Shown piece after piece: positions 50,879 through 60,359 of a stretch of 64,000 nt of DNA. This DNA comes from a candidate division FCPU426 bacterium (lineage in GTDB: Bacteria; Oederibacteriota; Muellerivitia; Muellerivitales; Muellerivitaceae): contig CAVTWJ010000011.1 of assembly GCA_963738405.1 (NCBI GenBank), positions 1 through 64,000 of the forward strand, written 5' to 3'. Every line of letters begins with the position of its first letter. Position 1 is the stretch's first letter. A program made the translations under genes and the position numbers. The notes beneath the pieces are model-generated. The model ran no database searches. It was not told the origin of the DNA and saw only the letters and a program-made list of their open reading frames with translations.

Positions 50879-51259
50879 TTATTCTTCGGGAACGGTGCTG
50901 AGGGAGTAGTGCTTTTCGAGAAAATTGACCTGATCCAGGGTTGGATTTTCAAAATTGATCCCGTAAGCGAATCTCCCCATCGTCTTCATGGGGTTTTTTC
51001 TGGCCCAAACGACCTTGCCAGGAAAAGTCACGGCATGGCTTCCGTCAATGGAATCAAACTCAAGGATCAAATCCGTTTTGTCATTCATGGTTTTGTTGGA
51101 ATAAATTTGGGCTCCGGTCGAGCTAACATTGACCAGTTGGGCGCGGAAGGTGTCTCCCTGCGCTGAATTCAAGACACGGCCCTTGATGGATTTCACCATC
51201 ACGACCCTTTGGTTGGTTCTCTTGAAGCCTTCAGGATGAGGCCGGGGAATCTTTTTCAT
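50879..51259 (-). CDS. Single-domain PilZ (c-di-GMP-binding) protein
   Basis: RTNQR (RxxxR) and NVSSTG (D/NxSxxG) motifs, GKVVW, YGINF; GGAG RBS before ATG at 51259. Confidence 0.85.
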   Translation of the reverse strand: MKKIPRPHPEGFKRTNQRVVMVKSIKGRVLNSAQGDTFRAQLVNVSSTGAQIYSNKTMNDKTDLILEFDSIDGSHAVTFPGKVVWARKNPMKTMGRFAYGINFENPTLDQVNFLEKHYSLSTVPEE

Positions 51260-51377
51260 TTTGGTTCTCCAGGTCGTTTTATCGTTATAGCATATCATTC
51301 GTTTCCGCCTCTTGGGCGATAAAAATCCCATAAGATGGGATTCCATTTTAAGCATGGAAGAAGAGGTTTGTTTTTAT

Positions 51378-52877
51378 ATGTCCCAGGTCCGAGTACGTTT
51401 TGCTCCCAGTCCCACGGGTTATCTCCATGTCGGCGGAGCCCGAACCGCTTTGTTCAACTGGCTTTTTGCGAGGCATTTGGGCGGTAAATTCATTCTGCGA
51501 ATTGAGGATACCGACCGGGAGAGGTCTAAGGCCGAATACGAAGAAGGCATCATCAGGGACCTTCAATGGCTGGGTTTGGATTGGGACGAAGGACCGGGAT
51601 TGGGAGGACCCTTTGGTCCTTATCGGCAAACCGAAAGGGCGCCGCTCTACCGGGACCAACTTAAGAAACTCATGGCCGGAGGCCACGCCTACCCCTGTTT
51701 TTGCAGCCATAAAGAATTGGAAGTGGAAAGAACAAAGGCCCAGGCCGCGGGCCAGGGTTATCACTATTCGGGGAAATGCCGGGCCCTCTTGCAAGGCGAG
51801 GCGGACGCCCGCAAGAAGGCCGGGGAAACTTTTTCGGTCCGGCTTCGTGTGCCGGAGGGGCGAACGGTTTTTAACGATCTGATCCGGGGCGAGGTTGCGG
51901 TCGAGCATTCCGAATTGGACGATTTCATATTGGTGCGAAGCGGAGGGGAGCCCACTTATAACTTCGTCGCGGCGGTTGACGACGCCTTGATGCAGATGAG
52001 CCACGTGATCCGGGGCGAGGATCATATTTCCAATACACCCAAACAAATTTTGATTTACCGGGCCCTTGGGATGAGTCCGCCCCATTTCGCCCATATCCCT
52101 CTCATACTAGGGCCTGACCGCGCCCCCCTCTCCAAACGGCATGGAGCCAGTTCCGTTGGGGAATTCAAGCGCCAGGGTTACCTGCCCGAAGCCATGCTGA
52201 ATTACCTGGCTTTACTGGGGTGGTCGCTGGACGGAAAAAGCGAACTTTTCTCCAAGACGGATTTGGTACGCAAGTTCAGTTTGGAACGGGTTCAAAAGAG
52301 CCCCGCGGCCTTTGATTACGAAAAGCTTCAATGGCTCAACGGCCACTATATCCGGGAGGCCGATCCGGAAAGGGTGTACCAGCTTTGCCTGGAATACCTC
52401 TGGGACGCGGACGCCATCAACGAGAATTTTATGCGCCATGGGGGGGAAGCCCTCAAACGGATGGTGACCTCCGTCAAGAGCAGTCTGAAGACCATCTCCG
52501 AAGTCGGCAGCCAGCTGACTTATTTCTTGGGGGAGGTCCACACCTACGATCCCCAGGGACTGGCTAAATATATGGTTCCAGGCTCCATCCCGGCGTTGGA
52601 ACGGGCGGCTTTTCTCCTGGAAGAAACCATGGACTTTACAGCCATGACGCTGGAAAGCAAAATGCGGGAGGGTGCCGCCGAGCTGGGCGTGAAATTCGCC
52701 GAAATGGTGCATCCGATGCGGTTGGCCATTACGGGGCGTACCGCTTCCCCGAATATTTTTGAATTGATTGAAATTTTAGGAAAGGGCCGGTGCATTGTCA
52801 GGATTTTGCGTTTTATTCGAATGATTCGAAACACTCCCGTAACCTCTCCTCTCCCTGAAACCGGGGAAAAACAGTGA
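51378..52877 (+). CDS. gltX: Glutamate-tRNA ligase
   Basis: VRFAPSPTGYLHVGG (HIGH), RIEDTD, HVIRGEDH, LSKRHG (KMSKS). Confidence 0.97.
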   Translation: MSQVRVRFAPSPTGYLHVGGARTALFNWLFARHLGGKFILRIEDTDRERSKAEYEEGIIRDLQWLGLDWDEGPGLGGPFGPYRQTERAPLYRDQLKKLMAGGHAYPCFCSHKELEVERTKAQAAGQGYHYSGKCRALLQGEADARKKAGETFSVRLRVPEGRTVFNDLIRGEVAVEHSELDDFILVRSGGEPTYNFVAAVDDALMQMSHVIRGEDHISNTPKQILIYRALGMSPPHFAHIPLILGPDRAPLSKRHGASSVGEFKRQGYLPEAMLNYLALLGWSLDGKSELFSKTDLVRKFSLERVQKSPAAFDYEKLQWLNGHYIREADPERVYQLCLEYLWDADAINENFMRHGGEALKRMVTSVKSSLKTISEVGSQLTYFLGEVHTYDPQGLAKYMVPGSIPALERAAFLLEETMDFTAMTLESKMREGAAELGVKFAEMVHPMRLAITGRTASPNIFELIEILGKGRCIVRILRFIRMIRNTPVTSPLPETGEKQ

Positions 52878-52956
52878 TGAAAGGGCCCTCGGGAAGGTTG
52901 TCATAAAGGAAGGCTTGGGTTAGGTTAGGGTCATCCTATTTGTTTGAGAGGGCACC

Positions 52957-53514
52957 ATGCACGAAAGCATCGAGTTTGTTTTCCACCGGGGCGAGAAAAA
53001 AGGCCGTCTGAGGCCTGTGAGCCGAAAGGACTGGGCCCAGATCGTCGGCTGGTGGAACGACACAGAGGTTCGCCGTCTATTCGACGTCCATTTCGTTGAC
53101 CAAACCTTTTCGGACGCCGAAAAGTGGTTCGCCCGCACCAATTCTCCCGATGACGAGAAACTACCCCGTTCCTTCGTTCTGGAGGTGGATCAGGATGGAA
53201 AATGGATTCCGGTAGGCACAGCGGAGTTTTATAACGAGAGACCTTCCCACAAGAGCGCAGATTTTGGCTTTTTGATCGGCGACAAAAAATGGTGGGGAAT
53301 GGGAATCGGCACCGAGGCCGCCAAACGCATGGTCAAATACGGCTTGGAACAGTTGGAGTACAAGCGGATCGGCGCGGTTTCGGCCGCTTATAACGTACGT
53401 TCCTTGAACGCCCTTCAGAAGGCGGGGTTCCAAATCGAGGGTATCCGCAAGAGCTTTGTTTTCCGCGACGGGGAATGGCACGACCAGACGATGATGTCCA
53501 TCGTGAAGCCCTGA
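52957..53514 (+). CDS. RimJ/RimL-type GNAT acetyltransferase
   Basis: WWGMGIGTEA, NVRSLNALQKAGFQIEG. Confidence 0.87.
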   Translation: MHESIEFVFHRGEKKGRLRPVSRKDWAQIVGWWNDTEVRRLFDVHFVDQTFSDAEKWFARTNSPDDEKLPRSFVLEVDQDGKWIPVGTAEFYNERPSHKSADFGFLIGDKKWWGMGIGTEAAKRMVKYGLEQLEYKRIGAVSAAYNVRSLNALQKAGFQIEGIRKSFVFRDGEWHDQTMMSIVKP

Positions 53515-53655
53515 CTCTTCGATAAATCACATTTCAATCCCTTTTGGTTCAAACCTGGACATTAGGTTTGTTGGCTATTTCTATGTTTATTGGGAAAAAT
53601 GCCTGTGATAAAATCCCACCCCCGCAAAAAGGGGGTGGCGCTTTTTGCCGTCTGT

Positions 53656-53729
53656 TGGGAGATCGTCTAATGGTAGGACAGCAGATTCTGGATCTGCTTA
53701 TCTAGGTTCGAGTCCTAGTCTCCCAGCCA
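53656..53729 (+). tRNA. tRNA-Gln (anticodon CTG)
   Basis: Acceptor TGGGAGA/TCTCCCA, anticodon arm GCAGA-TTCTGGA-TCTGC, T-loop GGTTCGAGTCC, encoded CCA. Confidence 0.96.
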
Positions 53730-53793
53730 TTTTTCATTATTAATACTAAGATGTGAAAATAACTTGCCCGGCTTTTCATCTATTGAGGGAAAT

Positions 53794-54600
53794 ATGAAAA
53801 AAACCATTCTTGCCTTGGCGCTGATCCTGTCCGGAACTGCCGGGGTTTATGCCACTACCGCCGAAGAATATTACGTAGCCGGACTTCAAACCTTTAAAGA
53901 CAGCGACTACGACAAAGCCATCCGTTATTTCCACGCCGCCTTGCTTGAAAAGCCCGACTACTGGCAAGCCTACCAGTTCATGGGAGAGGCCTATTACCAA
54001 AGCGGCAACCGCACCGAGGCATTGGTCGCCATGAACGAGAGCCTGAGGCTCCATCCTGACAATTCCGAATTGGTAAGATTTGTTTCGAAGGTGGAAGCCA
54101 GCAGCCCCTGGATCTCCTCGGGTTCCCTGAGTTTCCGGGATAAGCTTTCCCTCATCTCCATTCTTTTATCTTTGGCGACCTTGGGTTGGGTGGGCTATTG
54201 GGTCTATTGGCTGCGCCCGAGGGAAATTGTCACGTTTCTTTTGAACTTCGGGGAACAGGACGCGAACGGGCTTGTCTCGCAGGTCACGGTTGACTTTACC
54301 GCTTTTAACTCCGGCAGCCGCCCGGCCCAAGTGGCGGGGTACAGGGTTCGAAAGTTCGGAAACAAGGCCTGGGAGTCATGGAAATACTTTGATCCTCCAA
54401 CGCTTCTGAACGCCCCGGACAGCAAAAAGGTCCTGCACTTGGCCTTCACGCACGCCCATGAAAAGCTCGAAGGCCTGGAATTTGGAGATGCCGGCCGATG
54501 CCGGTGGGCCTTGACCCGCAATCAAATCAAAGTTACGAACGATGCCATTGAGGCGATTGGCCGTCCCAATCGGGAAATGCCCAAGTCGGTTTTGGGATAA
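53794..54600 (+). CDS. Exported TPR protein with TM and C-terminal domain of unknown function
   Basis: Signal peptide MKKTILALAL; two TPRs; hydrophobic helix; beta-rich tail. Confidence 0.7.
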   Translation: MKKTILALALILSGTAGVYATTAEEYYVAGLQTFKDSDYDKAIRYFHAALLEKPDYWQAYQFMGEAYYQSGNRTEALVAMNESLRLHPDNSELVRFVSKVEASSPWISSGSLSFRDKLSLISILLSLATLGWVGYWVYWLRPREIVTFLLNFGEQDANGLVSQVTVDFTAFNSGSRPAQVAGYRVRKFGNKAWESWKYFDPPTLLNAPDSKKVLHLAFTHAHEKLEGLEFGDAGRCRWALTRNQIKVTNDAIEAIGRPNREMPKSVLG

Positions 54601-54630
54601 AACCGCCGTTTCCGCAGTCAACCCTTTTTC

Positions 54631-55233
54631 TCACTGGGGCGAAAGATAGGTCAGATAGGTCCCGATGAGCCCCGAAACAAAAACGATAAAAAATCCAAGA
54701 CCCATTCCTAGGGCCAAAAAAGCCCGTAAGGGACCCAGGCGTTGGGCGTAAAGTCCCGCCGGAATTCCTATTAAATAGCCGACGCCAATCCCGACAAGTG
54801 AGGCGCAAAGGCCGGCCGAAAAGGGAAGTTTTAAAAAGACGCCCGGGGCCAAAAATCCTCCGAAAAATCCAACAAACGCGAAAAACAAAAAGGTCCAAGG
54901 TTCGAATTCCAAATAGCTTAAAGGAGTTCCGGCGGTGGAAATCAGGCAATAAACCAAAAGTCCTATGATTCCGGCCGCGCCCAAGAGGCCCGCGAGCCAT
55001 CCAATCGGGGAGTGGTTTTGAAGGGCATTGGGCATGCCCCAAGCGATTAAAAAACCGCAGACGGCAAGAGCTATGGGGATTTCAAAAAAGATATGGCCTT
55101 GCCGGGAATCGGGATGGTTTTTCATGTTTCGCCAAAGGCATTTGGGGAAATAGCGGAGGTGATACGCCATCGTCCAAAAGGAAGGCGCGGGGCCTAACGC
55201 CGTCTCTTCTTTAGGGGTTTGGAAAACAAGCAT
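54631..55233 (-). CDS. Hypothetical polytopic membrane protein
   Basis: About five Gly-rich hydrophobic helices; AGAGG RBS. Confidence 0.65.
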   Translation of the reverse strand: MLVFQTPKEETALGPAPSFWTMAYHLRYFPKCLWRNMKNHPDSRQGHIFFEIPIALAVCGFLIAWGMPNALQNHSPIGWLAGLLGAAGIIGLLVYCLISTAGTPLSYLEFEPWTFLFFAFVGFFGGFLAPGVFLKLPFSAGLCASLVGIGVGYLIGIPAGLYAQRLGPLRAFLALGMGLGFFIVFVSGLIGTYLTYLSPQ

Positions 55234-55419
55234 TTAAACCTCTTTTTAAAATTTTAAACCTGTTCGAAATAGGGTTAATTCAACATCGGTTTATTATACT
55301 AGCCTTCCCAACTTGTTTCGTGTTTCGTCGGATGGATTCGACAAGGTGTCGCTGTGGCGAAAAGCACCGCCGTAAAATGGAAACGGTTCTGGATGCAAAA
55401 AAACCGAGAAAAGGGCCGT

Positions 55420-56730
55420 GTGAAAAAATCATCCTTTGTCTTTCTTATGTTGGCCCTGCTTTGGGCTTCGGTCCGTCAAGATGTTCTTGGCGCCGATAGC
55501 TCAGTTCGAACCGAAACGGCCGCCACAACCAGCGTAAGGAGTGGTATTTTCCTGGACCCCGCCCAGGCGGGTCCCGGGGAAGTTTGGGATGTGGATGAGG
55601 AAAAGGCAGCAGCTTTCCCCCATGATTCTCCATCCCAGGGATATTTAAACCTCCATGGAAACGGTTTTTTTGAAGCCATGGCGGAAGAGGGGCCGGATAG
55701 GGGCCGAGCCGATTTTTCAGCGCCCAATCGGCTGACGGCGGACCTGGGAATCCCGTTGGGCTCTATTCAGTTTGTGAACTTGGAAGTCGCTCTGACCAGC
55801 GACCTCGCGCTGGTTCCTCAAACGGGAACTCCGCAGATTTTTCAGATCGGGGAAAACCAAATGAGTTCTCCTTTCGTGGACGCGCAGGCCCCCAATCGCA
55901 CCCCCCTGTCGGGTCTTACCTTAAGCGACACTTTGGCCTTGGACTCGGCGGATAAGAGCTGCCTAAAAATCTTCGCGGCACCGCGCGGCCAATCCACCGA
56001 AGGCCCTATCGCTTATTTCGACCGCCTTTCCGGAATCATGAATCCGGATAGGCCCCTGGGAGACTCGGTGGGACAGGGGGAAGGGATAGAATCCAGCATG
56101 GTCATCGGAGGGGCGTTGGAACTCGGGGGTCTTCATATTGAAACCTCCATGTTTAACGGAATGGAGTCCAATCCCACTCAGGTGGATCTACCCATCGGTA
56201 CCCCCGATTCCTATGCCATTCGGCTGATTCAGGTGATCGACTCTGGGCTGATGCTCATGGCTTCCTATGCCGATGCCCATGATCCTGAGCCGGGTATTGC
56301 CGATTCCAACCGCTATTCCGTTTCACTTTATACGGGTCTTCCCCTTTCGCCAGCCTGGACATGGCATAACACCCTTGTTTATGGCGGCATCACGAATATG
56401 GATAACGCAGCATTTCTCAATTCAGCCCTGGAAGAGTTCACTCTTATTAATGAGAAGATGGCTGTTTATGGGCGGTTCGAGGCGGTTCAGAGAACACCCA
56501 ACCAATTGGGTATTCCTGGTCTTCCAGAACCGGATACCGGCCGGTGGGTCACGGCGCTCACCCTGGGTTACAGTCATCAGATCATCGCTTGGGATGGATG
56601 GGAACTAAGGGCCGGTGCCGAAGTGGCCAATAGCCAGACTCCGGCGGATTATTCGCTTTTTTACGCGGGCAATCCCTTTTCCTATAAATTTTTCTTTCAG
56701 TTGGGCGGGTTTCAGTCATATGGCCTGTAA
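55420..56730 (+). CDS. Putative outer-membrane beta-barrel protein
   Basis: Signal peptide; amphipathic strands; aromatic-rich C-terminal strand YKFFFQLG; start uncertain. Confidence 0.65.
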   Translation: MKKSSFVFLMLALLWASVRQDVLGADSSVRTETAATTSVRSGIFLDPAQAGPGEVWDVDEEKAAAFPHDSPSQGYLNLHGNGFFEAMAEEGPDRGRADFSAPNRLTADLGIPLGSIQFVNLEVALTSDLALVPQTGTPQIFQIGENQMSSPFVDAQAPNRTPLSGLTLSDTLALDSADKSCLKIFAAPRGQSTEGPIAYFDRLSGIMNPDRPLGDSVGQGEGIESSMVIGGALELGGLHIETSMFNGMESNPTQVDLPIGTPDSYAIRLIQVIDSGLMLMASYADAHDPEPGIADSNRYSVSLYTGLPLSPAWTWHNTLVYGGITNMDNAAFLNSALEEFTLINEKMAVYGRFEAVQRTPNQLGIPGLPEPDTGRWVTALTLGYSHQIIAWDGWELRAGAEVANSQTPADYSLFYAGNPFSYKFFFQLGGFQSYGL

Positions 56731-56774
56731 CCCTTTGGCCCTTTATGTTCTACAAACCTAGGGGAGGAGATGAA

Positions 56775-57389
56775 ATGAATCGAGGGTTCAAAAAGCTTAA
56801 CTTCGCGGTTTTAACGGCCATTTTTCTCGCGGTCATGCCTCAAGTCTTTGCCGCGGGGGCCGTCGCAACCTCAAAAAATGAGCCTGTCACAGAGACTCCC
56901 ATGTCCCTGGAGGACTTAGGTTTTACCAAGCAGGACATTCAAAGCGACCCCCAATTTCAGAAGGATTTGGAAACCCGTTCCGACATGCTAAGAATTCACC
57001 AGACCCTGGGGCTCATCACCGCAGTGCCCATGACGGCCCAATTCGTGATCGGCCTTTCCACGGAGAACAGCGTGGCCCATGGAAATACGGATACCACGCT
57101 TCATACCACTTTAGGCCTCGCCACCGCGGCCCTTTACGGCACCACCGCCATGTTCGCCATCCTCGCGCCCAAACCGCCGGGGCTCAAACCCAGCGGAAAC
57201 ACCGAAGTTCATGAGGACCTTTCCTGGATCCATCTGCCCCTCATGATTCTGGTACCTCTGGTGGGTGATATGATCAATGACCGTATCGCCAACCACCAAC
57301 CCATCGGAAATTTGGGGGTGGTTCACGGCATCATGGCCACCACCTTGCTGGCTTCCTACCTAACTTCCGTGACGGTCATGACTTTTTAA
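56775..57389 (+). CDS. Hypothetical membrane protein with His-bearing helices
   Basis: Signal peptide; four hydrophobic helices with His (IHQTLG, LHTTLG, WIHLP, VHG); GGAGG RBS. Confidence 0.65.
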   Translation: MNRGFKKLNFAVLTAIFLAVMPQVFAAGAVATSKNEPVTETPMSLEDLGFTKQDIQSDPQFQKDLETRSDMLRIHQTLGLITAVPMTAQFVIGLSTENSVAHGNTDTTLHTTLGLATAALYGTTAMFAILAPKPPGLKPSGNTEVHEDLSWIHLPLMILVPLVGDMINDRIANHQPIGNLGVVHGIMATTLLASYLTSVTVMTF

Positions 57390-57402
57390 GGAGAGGCGCC
57401 CT

Positions 57403-57969
57403 ATGAAACACTTTTTAATCTTTATTGCGACCCTCTGCCTCCCCACTATCGGGTTTTGCGGTGAATCCCAATGGATACTCGACAAGTCGGAAATTTCCTA
57501 TCAGGTGACCCATCCATTGCACGTGGTTCATGGTAAAAGTTTGTCCGCCAGGGGAAAGGGCATCCGGGAAGGGAGCCATTGGAATTTTTTAGTGGCCGTA
57601 CCCGTGAAAACTTTTGATTCCGGGGATAACAACCGGGACCTTCATATGCTAGAAGTCACCAAGGCGGGCCTCTATCCCATCATTCAAGTGACCGCGCGAA
57701 CGGGTGAAATCCCGGCCAATTCCAAGCCTTCGACCCTAACGGCTGATTTAGAAATCAACTTCGCGGGCAAAAAGGTGAAATGTCCCAATGTTTCCTTGAA
57801 GGTGATTGATTGGACAAAAGACGGAGCCCATATCGCCGCAAAAATCTCCTTAAGCCTCAAGGCCTATGACATTACGCCCCCAAGCCTTTTGGCCATGCCG
57901 GTGCAGGATGAAGTTCCGATCACTTTGGATATGGTTTGGAAGAGGGTTGAAAAGTCGGCCAACAAATAA
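57403..57969 (+). CDS. YceI-like periplasmic lipid/polyisoprenoid-binding protein
   Basis: Signal peptide; SEISY.V.H, FDSGDNNRDLHM, YDITPP motifs. Confidence 0.75.
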   Translation: MKHFLIFIATLCLPTIGFCGESQWILDKSEISYQVTHPLHVVHGKSLSARGKGIREGSHWNFLVAVPVKTFDSGDNNRDLHMLEVTKAGLYPIIQVTARTGEIPANSKPSTLTADLEINFAGKKVKCPNVSLKVIDWTKDGAHIAAKISLSLKAYDITPPSLLAMPVQDEVPITLDMVWKRVEKSANK

Positions 57970-58042
57970 GTTTCCTTGGAAAATTTATTCTTTTCGGGTC
58001 TTTTATGCTAAGTCTTGGATGAGTGAAAGGATTTAACGGGTT

Positions 58043-59668
58043 ATGAAATACGCTTTTTTTCTATTATTCATATTTAAAATGACCCCCATTTTTGCCGCTC
58101 CGGCCACCGCGCCAAAAGATAAACCCTTTGAGCTTTATCCCCAGTCCAACGGCGGCACGCCTGTCACCTTCACTAAAACCCCCATTCCCTGGGATAAAGA
58201 CGGCAAAAACTGGGATTTCAAATACGGCACCAAGGTCAATATCACCATCGATGCCAGCCAGGTTCTGCGCAACATCACCCCCTACCAATTCGGCAACAAC
58301 TTGTGCTGGTACGACGGGCGTGATTGGGTCAATGATTCGGACCGGACGGATAAGGCCCAGCAGGGCGGCTTTCGTTTCTGGCGTTTTCCGGGAGGCAGTT
58401 CCTCGGACCTCTATAACTGGGACGGCATTTACGACCAGGCCGCCCCGGACCAAACCAACCCCGGCCACATGAACGAAAGCTGGGCCACTTCCACGGACAA
58501 TTACATCGAATTTTGCGAGAACACCAATTCGGAAGGCATCATCACGGTCAATTACAGCGCCGCGCGCTATGCCACGGTGAAATATGCCGCCGACCTGGCC
58601 TCCCGCTGGGTGGGATATTTCAAACAGAAGGGCTTCAAAATACGTTACTGGGAAATCGGAAACGAGCTTTACGGCAACTGGGAAGAGGGAAATACCCTTG
58701 CCGGTAAGCCCCAACTGACGGGCGATGTCTATGGCGCTGATTTCCAGGTCATTGCCCAAGCCATGCGCCAGGCGGACCCGGATATTTTCATTGGCGCGGT
58801 GACCTATGAAAAGGACGGGCCGGGGGAATGGGATGGCCACCACAACTGGACCCGCAAACTCATCGGCGCCCTAAGTGGAAAAGCCGACTTTTTCATTTTG
58901 CACCAATATTTTCTTTACCCATTTAAAAATGGCGACGCGAATCAATATGTGGACCCTTCCAATGAGACCCTTTTCGGCAACCTGCATGAACTGGGAGATG
59001 ATCTAGCTTCCATGCGAAAGATGGCGGCTGAAACCTCTCCGGGCCAAGAGACCCTGCCGGTGGCCCTGACCGAATTCAACATCCTCAACGCCTCGCCCAC
59101 CCAGACGATTCAGTTGATCAATGGGCTCTATACCTCCGAGGTTTTGGGAGAATCCATCAAGGTAGGTTATGCCGCTTCAAACTATTGGGACTGGAAAAAT
59201 GGTATGGATACCAAATTGAATGGGGATATGGGCATGCTGGCCTGCCGGGATAACAACACCCGGGATGATACTCCCCGGCCCAGCTATTACGCCTACGCCC
59301 TCTATAACAAGGCCTTCGGGGACAAGATGATTGAGGCCGAGAGTTCGGACCCCGCTTTCAAGGTTTACGCCAGCCGCTTCTCGACGGGGGAGGTGGGTTT
59401 GATTTTGGTGAATGAAAGCGGCGATAACCGCTGGGCCTCCTTTGATATCAAGGGTTTCCAGCCCAAGGGAAAGTTGATGGGATGGGTTTTGGCGGGGAAG
59501 GGCCTCAACGAAACCCAATGCACCTGGAACGGCCAGCCCGGGCCCATTGGCGGGGGCGGTCCCTTCCCGCTGGATAACATCAAACCCTATCGCGGAAGTT
59601 TCAAGACGGACCGAACGCTTCAACTGCCCCTGGCGCCCTATTCGGCGACGGGAATTATTTTGTATTGA
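58043..59668 (+). CDS. Secreted clan GH-A glycoside hydrolase (GH51/GH44-like)
   Basis: Signal peptide; WRFPGG, YWEIGNE (acid/base Glu), LTEFN (nucleophile). Confidence 0.8.
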   Translation: MKYAFFLLFIFKMTPIFAAPATAPKDKPFELYPQSNGGTPVTFTKTPIPWDKDGKNWDFKYGTKVNITIDASQVLRNITPYQFGNNLCWYDGRDWVNDSDRTDKAQQGGFRFWRFPGGSSSDLYNWDGIYDQAAPDQTNPGHMNESWATSTDNYIEFCENTNSEGIITVNYSAARYATVKYAADLASRWVGYFKQKGFKIRYWEIGNELYGNWEEGNTLAGKPQLTGDVYGADFQVIAQAMRQADPDIFIGAVTYEKDGPGEWDGHHNWTRKLIGALSGKADFFILHQYFLYPFKNGDANQYVDPSNETLFGNLHELGDDLASMRKMAAETSPGQETLPVALTEFNILNASPTQTIQLINGLYTSEVLGESIKVGYAASNYWDWKNGMDTKLNGDMGMLACRDNNTRDDTPRPSYYAYALYNKAFGDKMIEAESSDPAFKVYASRFSTGEVGLILVNESGDNRWASFDIKGFQPKGKLMGWVLAGKGLNETQCTWNGQPGPIGGGGPFPLDNIKPYRGSFKTDRTLQLPLAPYSATGIILY

Positions 59669-59669
59669 G

Positions 59670-59796
59670 ATATCTGAAAAACTCTAATAGAGCGTCAACC
59701 AGAGATCTCGACCCCTAAGATTTCCGCAGGAAATCGAGGGGTTACCTTGGAATGTTTTCCTGAAAAAGGCGGTGAAGCCGACTTTTTCAGAGGTTA
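59670..59796. repeat. Palindromic intergenic element (MITE/REP-like), same architecture as 3624-3772
   Basis: Left TCTGAAAAACTC; central hairpin 59711-59742; right CTGAAAAAGGCGG-TGAAG-CCGACTTTTTCAG. Confidence 0.55.
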
Positions 59797-59826
59797 AATA
59801 TTAGAAACGGCAAGGATTTACCAGCC

Positions 59827-60357
59827 GTGAAGAAACGATCCTTCGAAAAACAAAAGTCCACTGAAACCCCGGCGCAAAGGTTGGAACACGGCCTTCAGAT
59901 CGGCATTCGGGCATCCCTGGCGGCCCTTCTTTCGGCCCTGGTCGCCTTTCGTTTGGGCATGGCCTATCCCATTTACGCCGTCATTGCCGCTGTGGTCGTT
60001 ACCGATAATTCCCCGGAAGTGACCCGCCGTCTGGTTATGGCGAGACTGATGGGAACAATCATTGGAGCCATTTTGGGCGCGCTCTTTGGCACCCTTCTAG
60101 GCCATGGACCGCTTGCCATGGCGGCTGGGGTTCTCATTTCTATCTTGTTTTGTGATTTGATCGGCTTAAGGAATACTCAACGCATCACAGGTTATATCGC
60201 TGGAATTGTCATTTTATTCCATGGGGATTCCCCTTGGAGTTACGCCAGGGACCGCTTTATCGAAACAACTCTAGGATTGGCATTCGCGTTTCTCGTCGGG
60301 TGGGCCATGGAGGTTGTGATGAAAAAAGCGAAGCTTGCCCTTCCGGTGAAGGATTGA
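59827..60357 (+). CDS. FUSC/aromatic-acid-exporter-like membrane protein
   Basis: PIYAVIAAVVV, RLMGTIIGA, RFIETTLG. Confidence 0.8.
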   Translation: MKKRSFEKQKSTETPAQRLEHGLQIGIRASLAALLSALVAFRLGMAYPIYAVIAAVVVTDNSPEVTRRLVMARLMGTIIGAILGALFGTLLGHGPLAMAAGVLISILFCDLIGLRNTQRITGYIAGIVILFHGDSPWSYARDRFIETTLGLAFAFLVGWAMEVVMKKAKLALPVKD

Positions 60358-60359
60358 AA

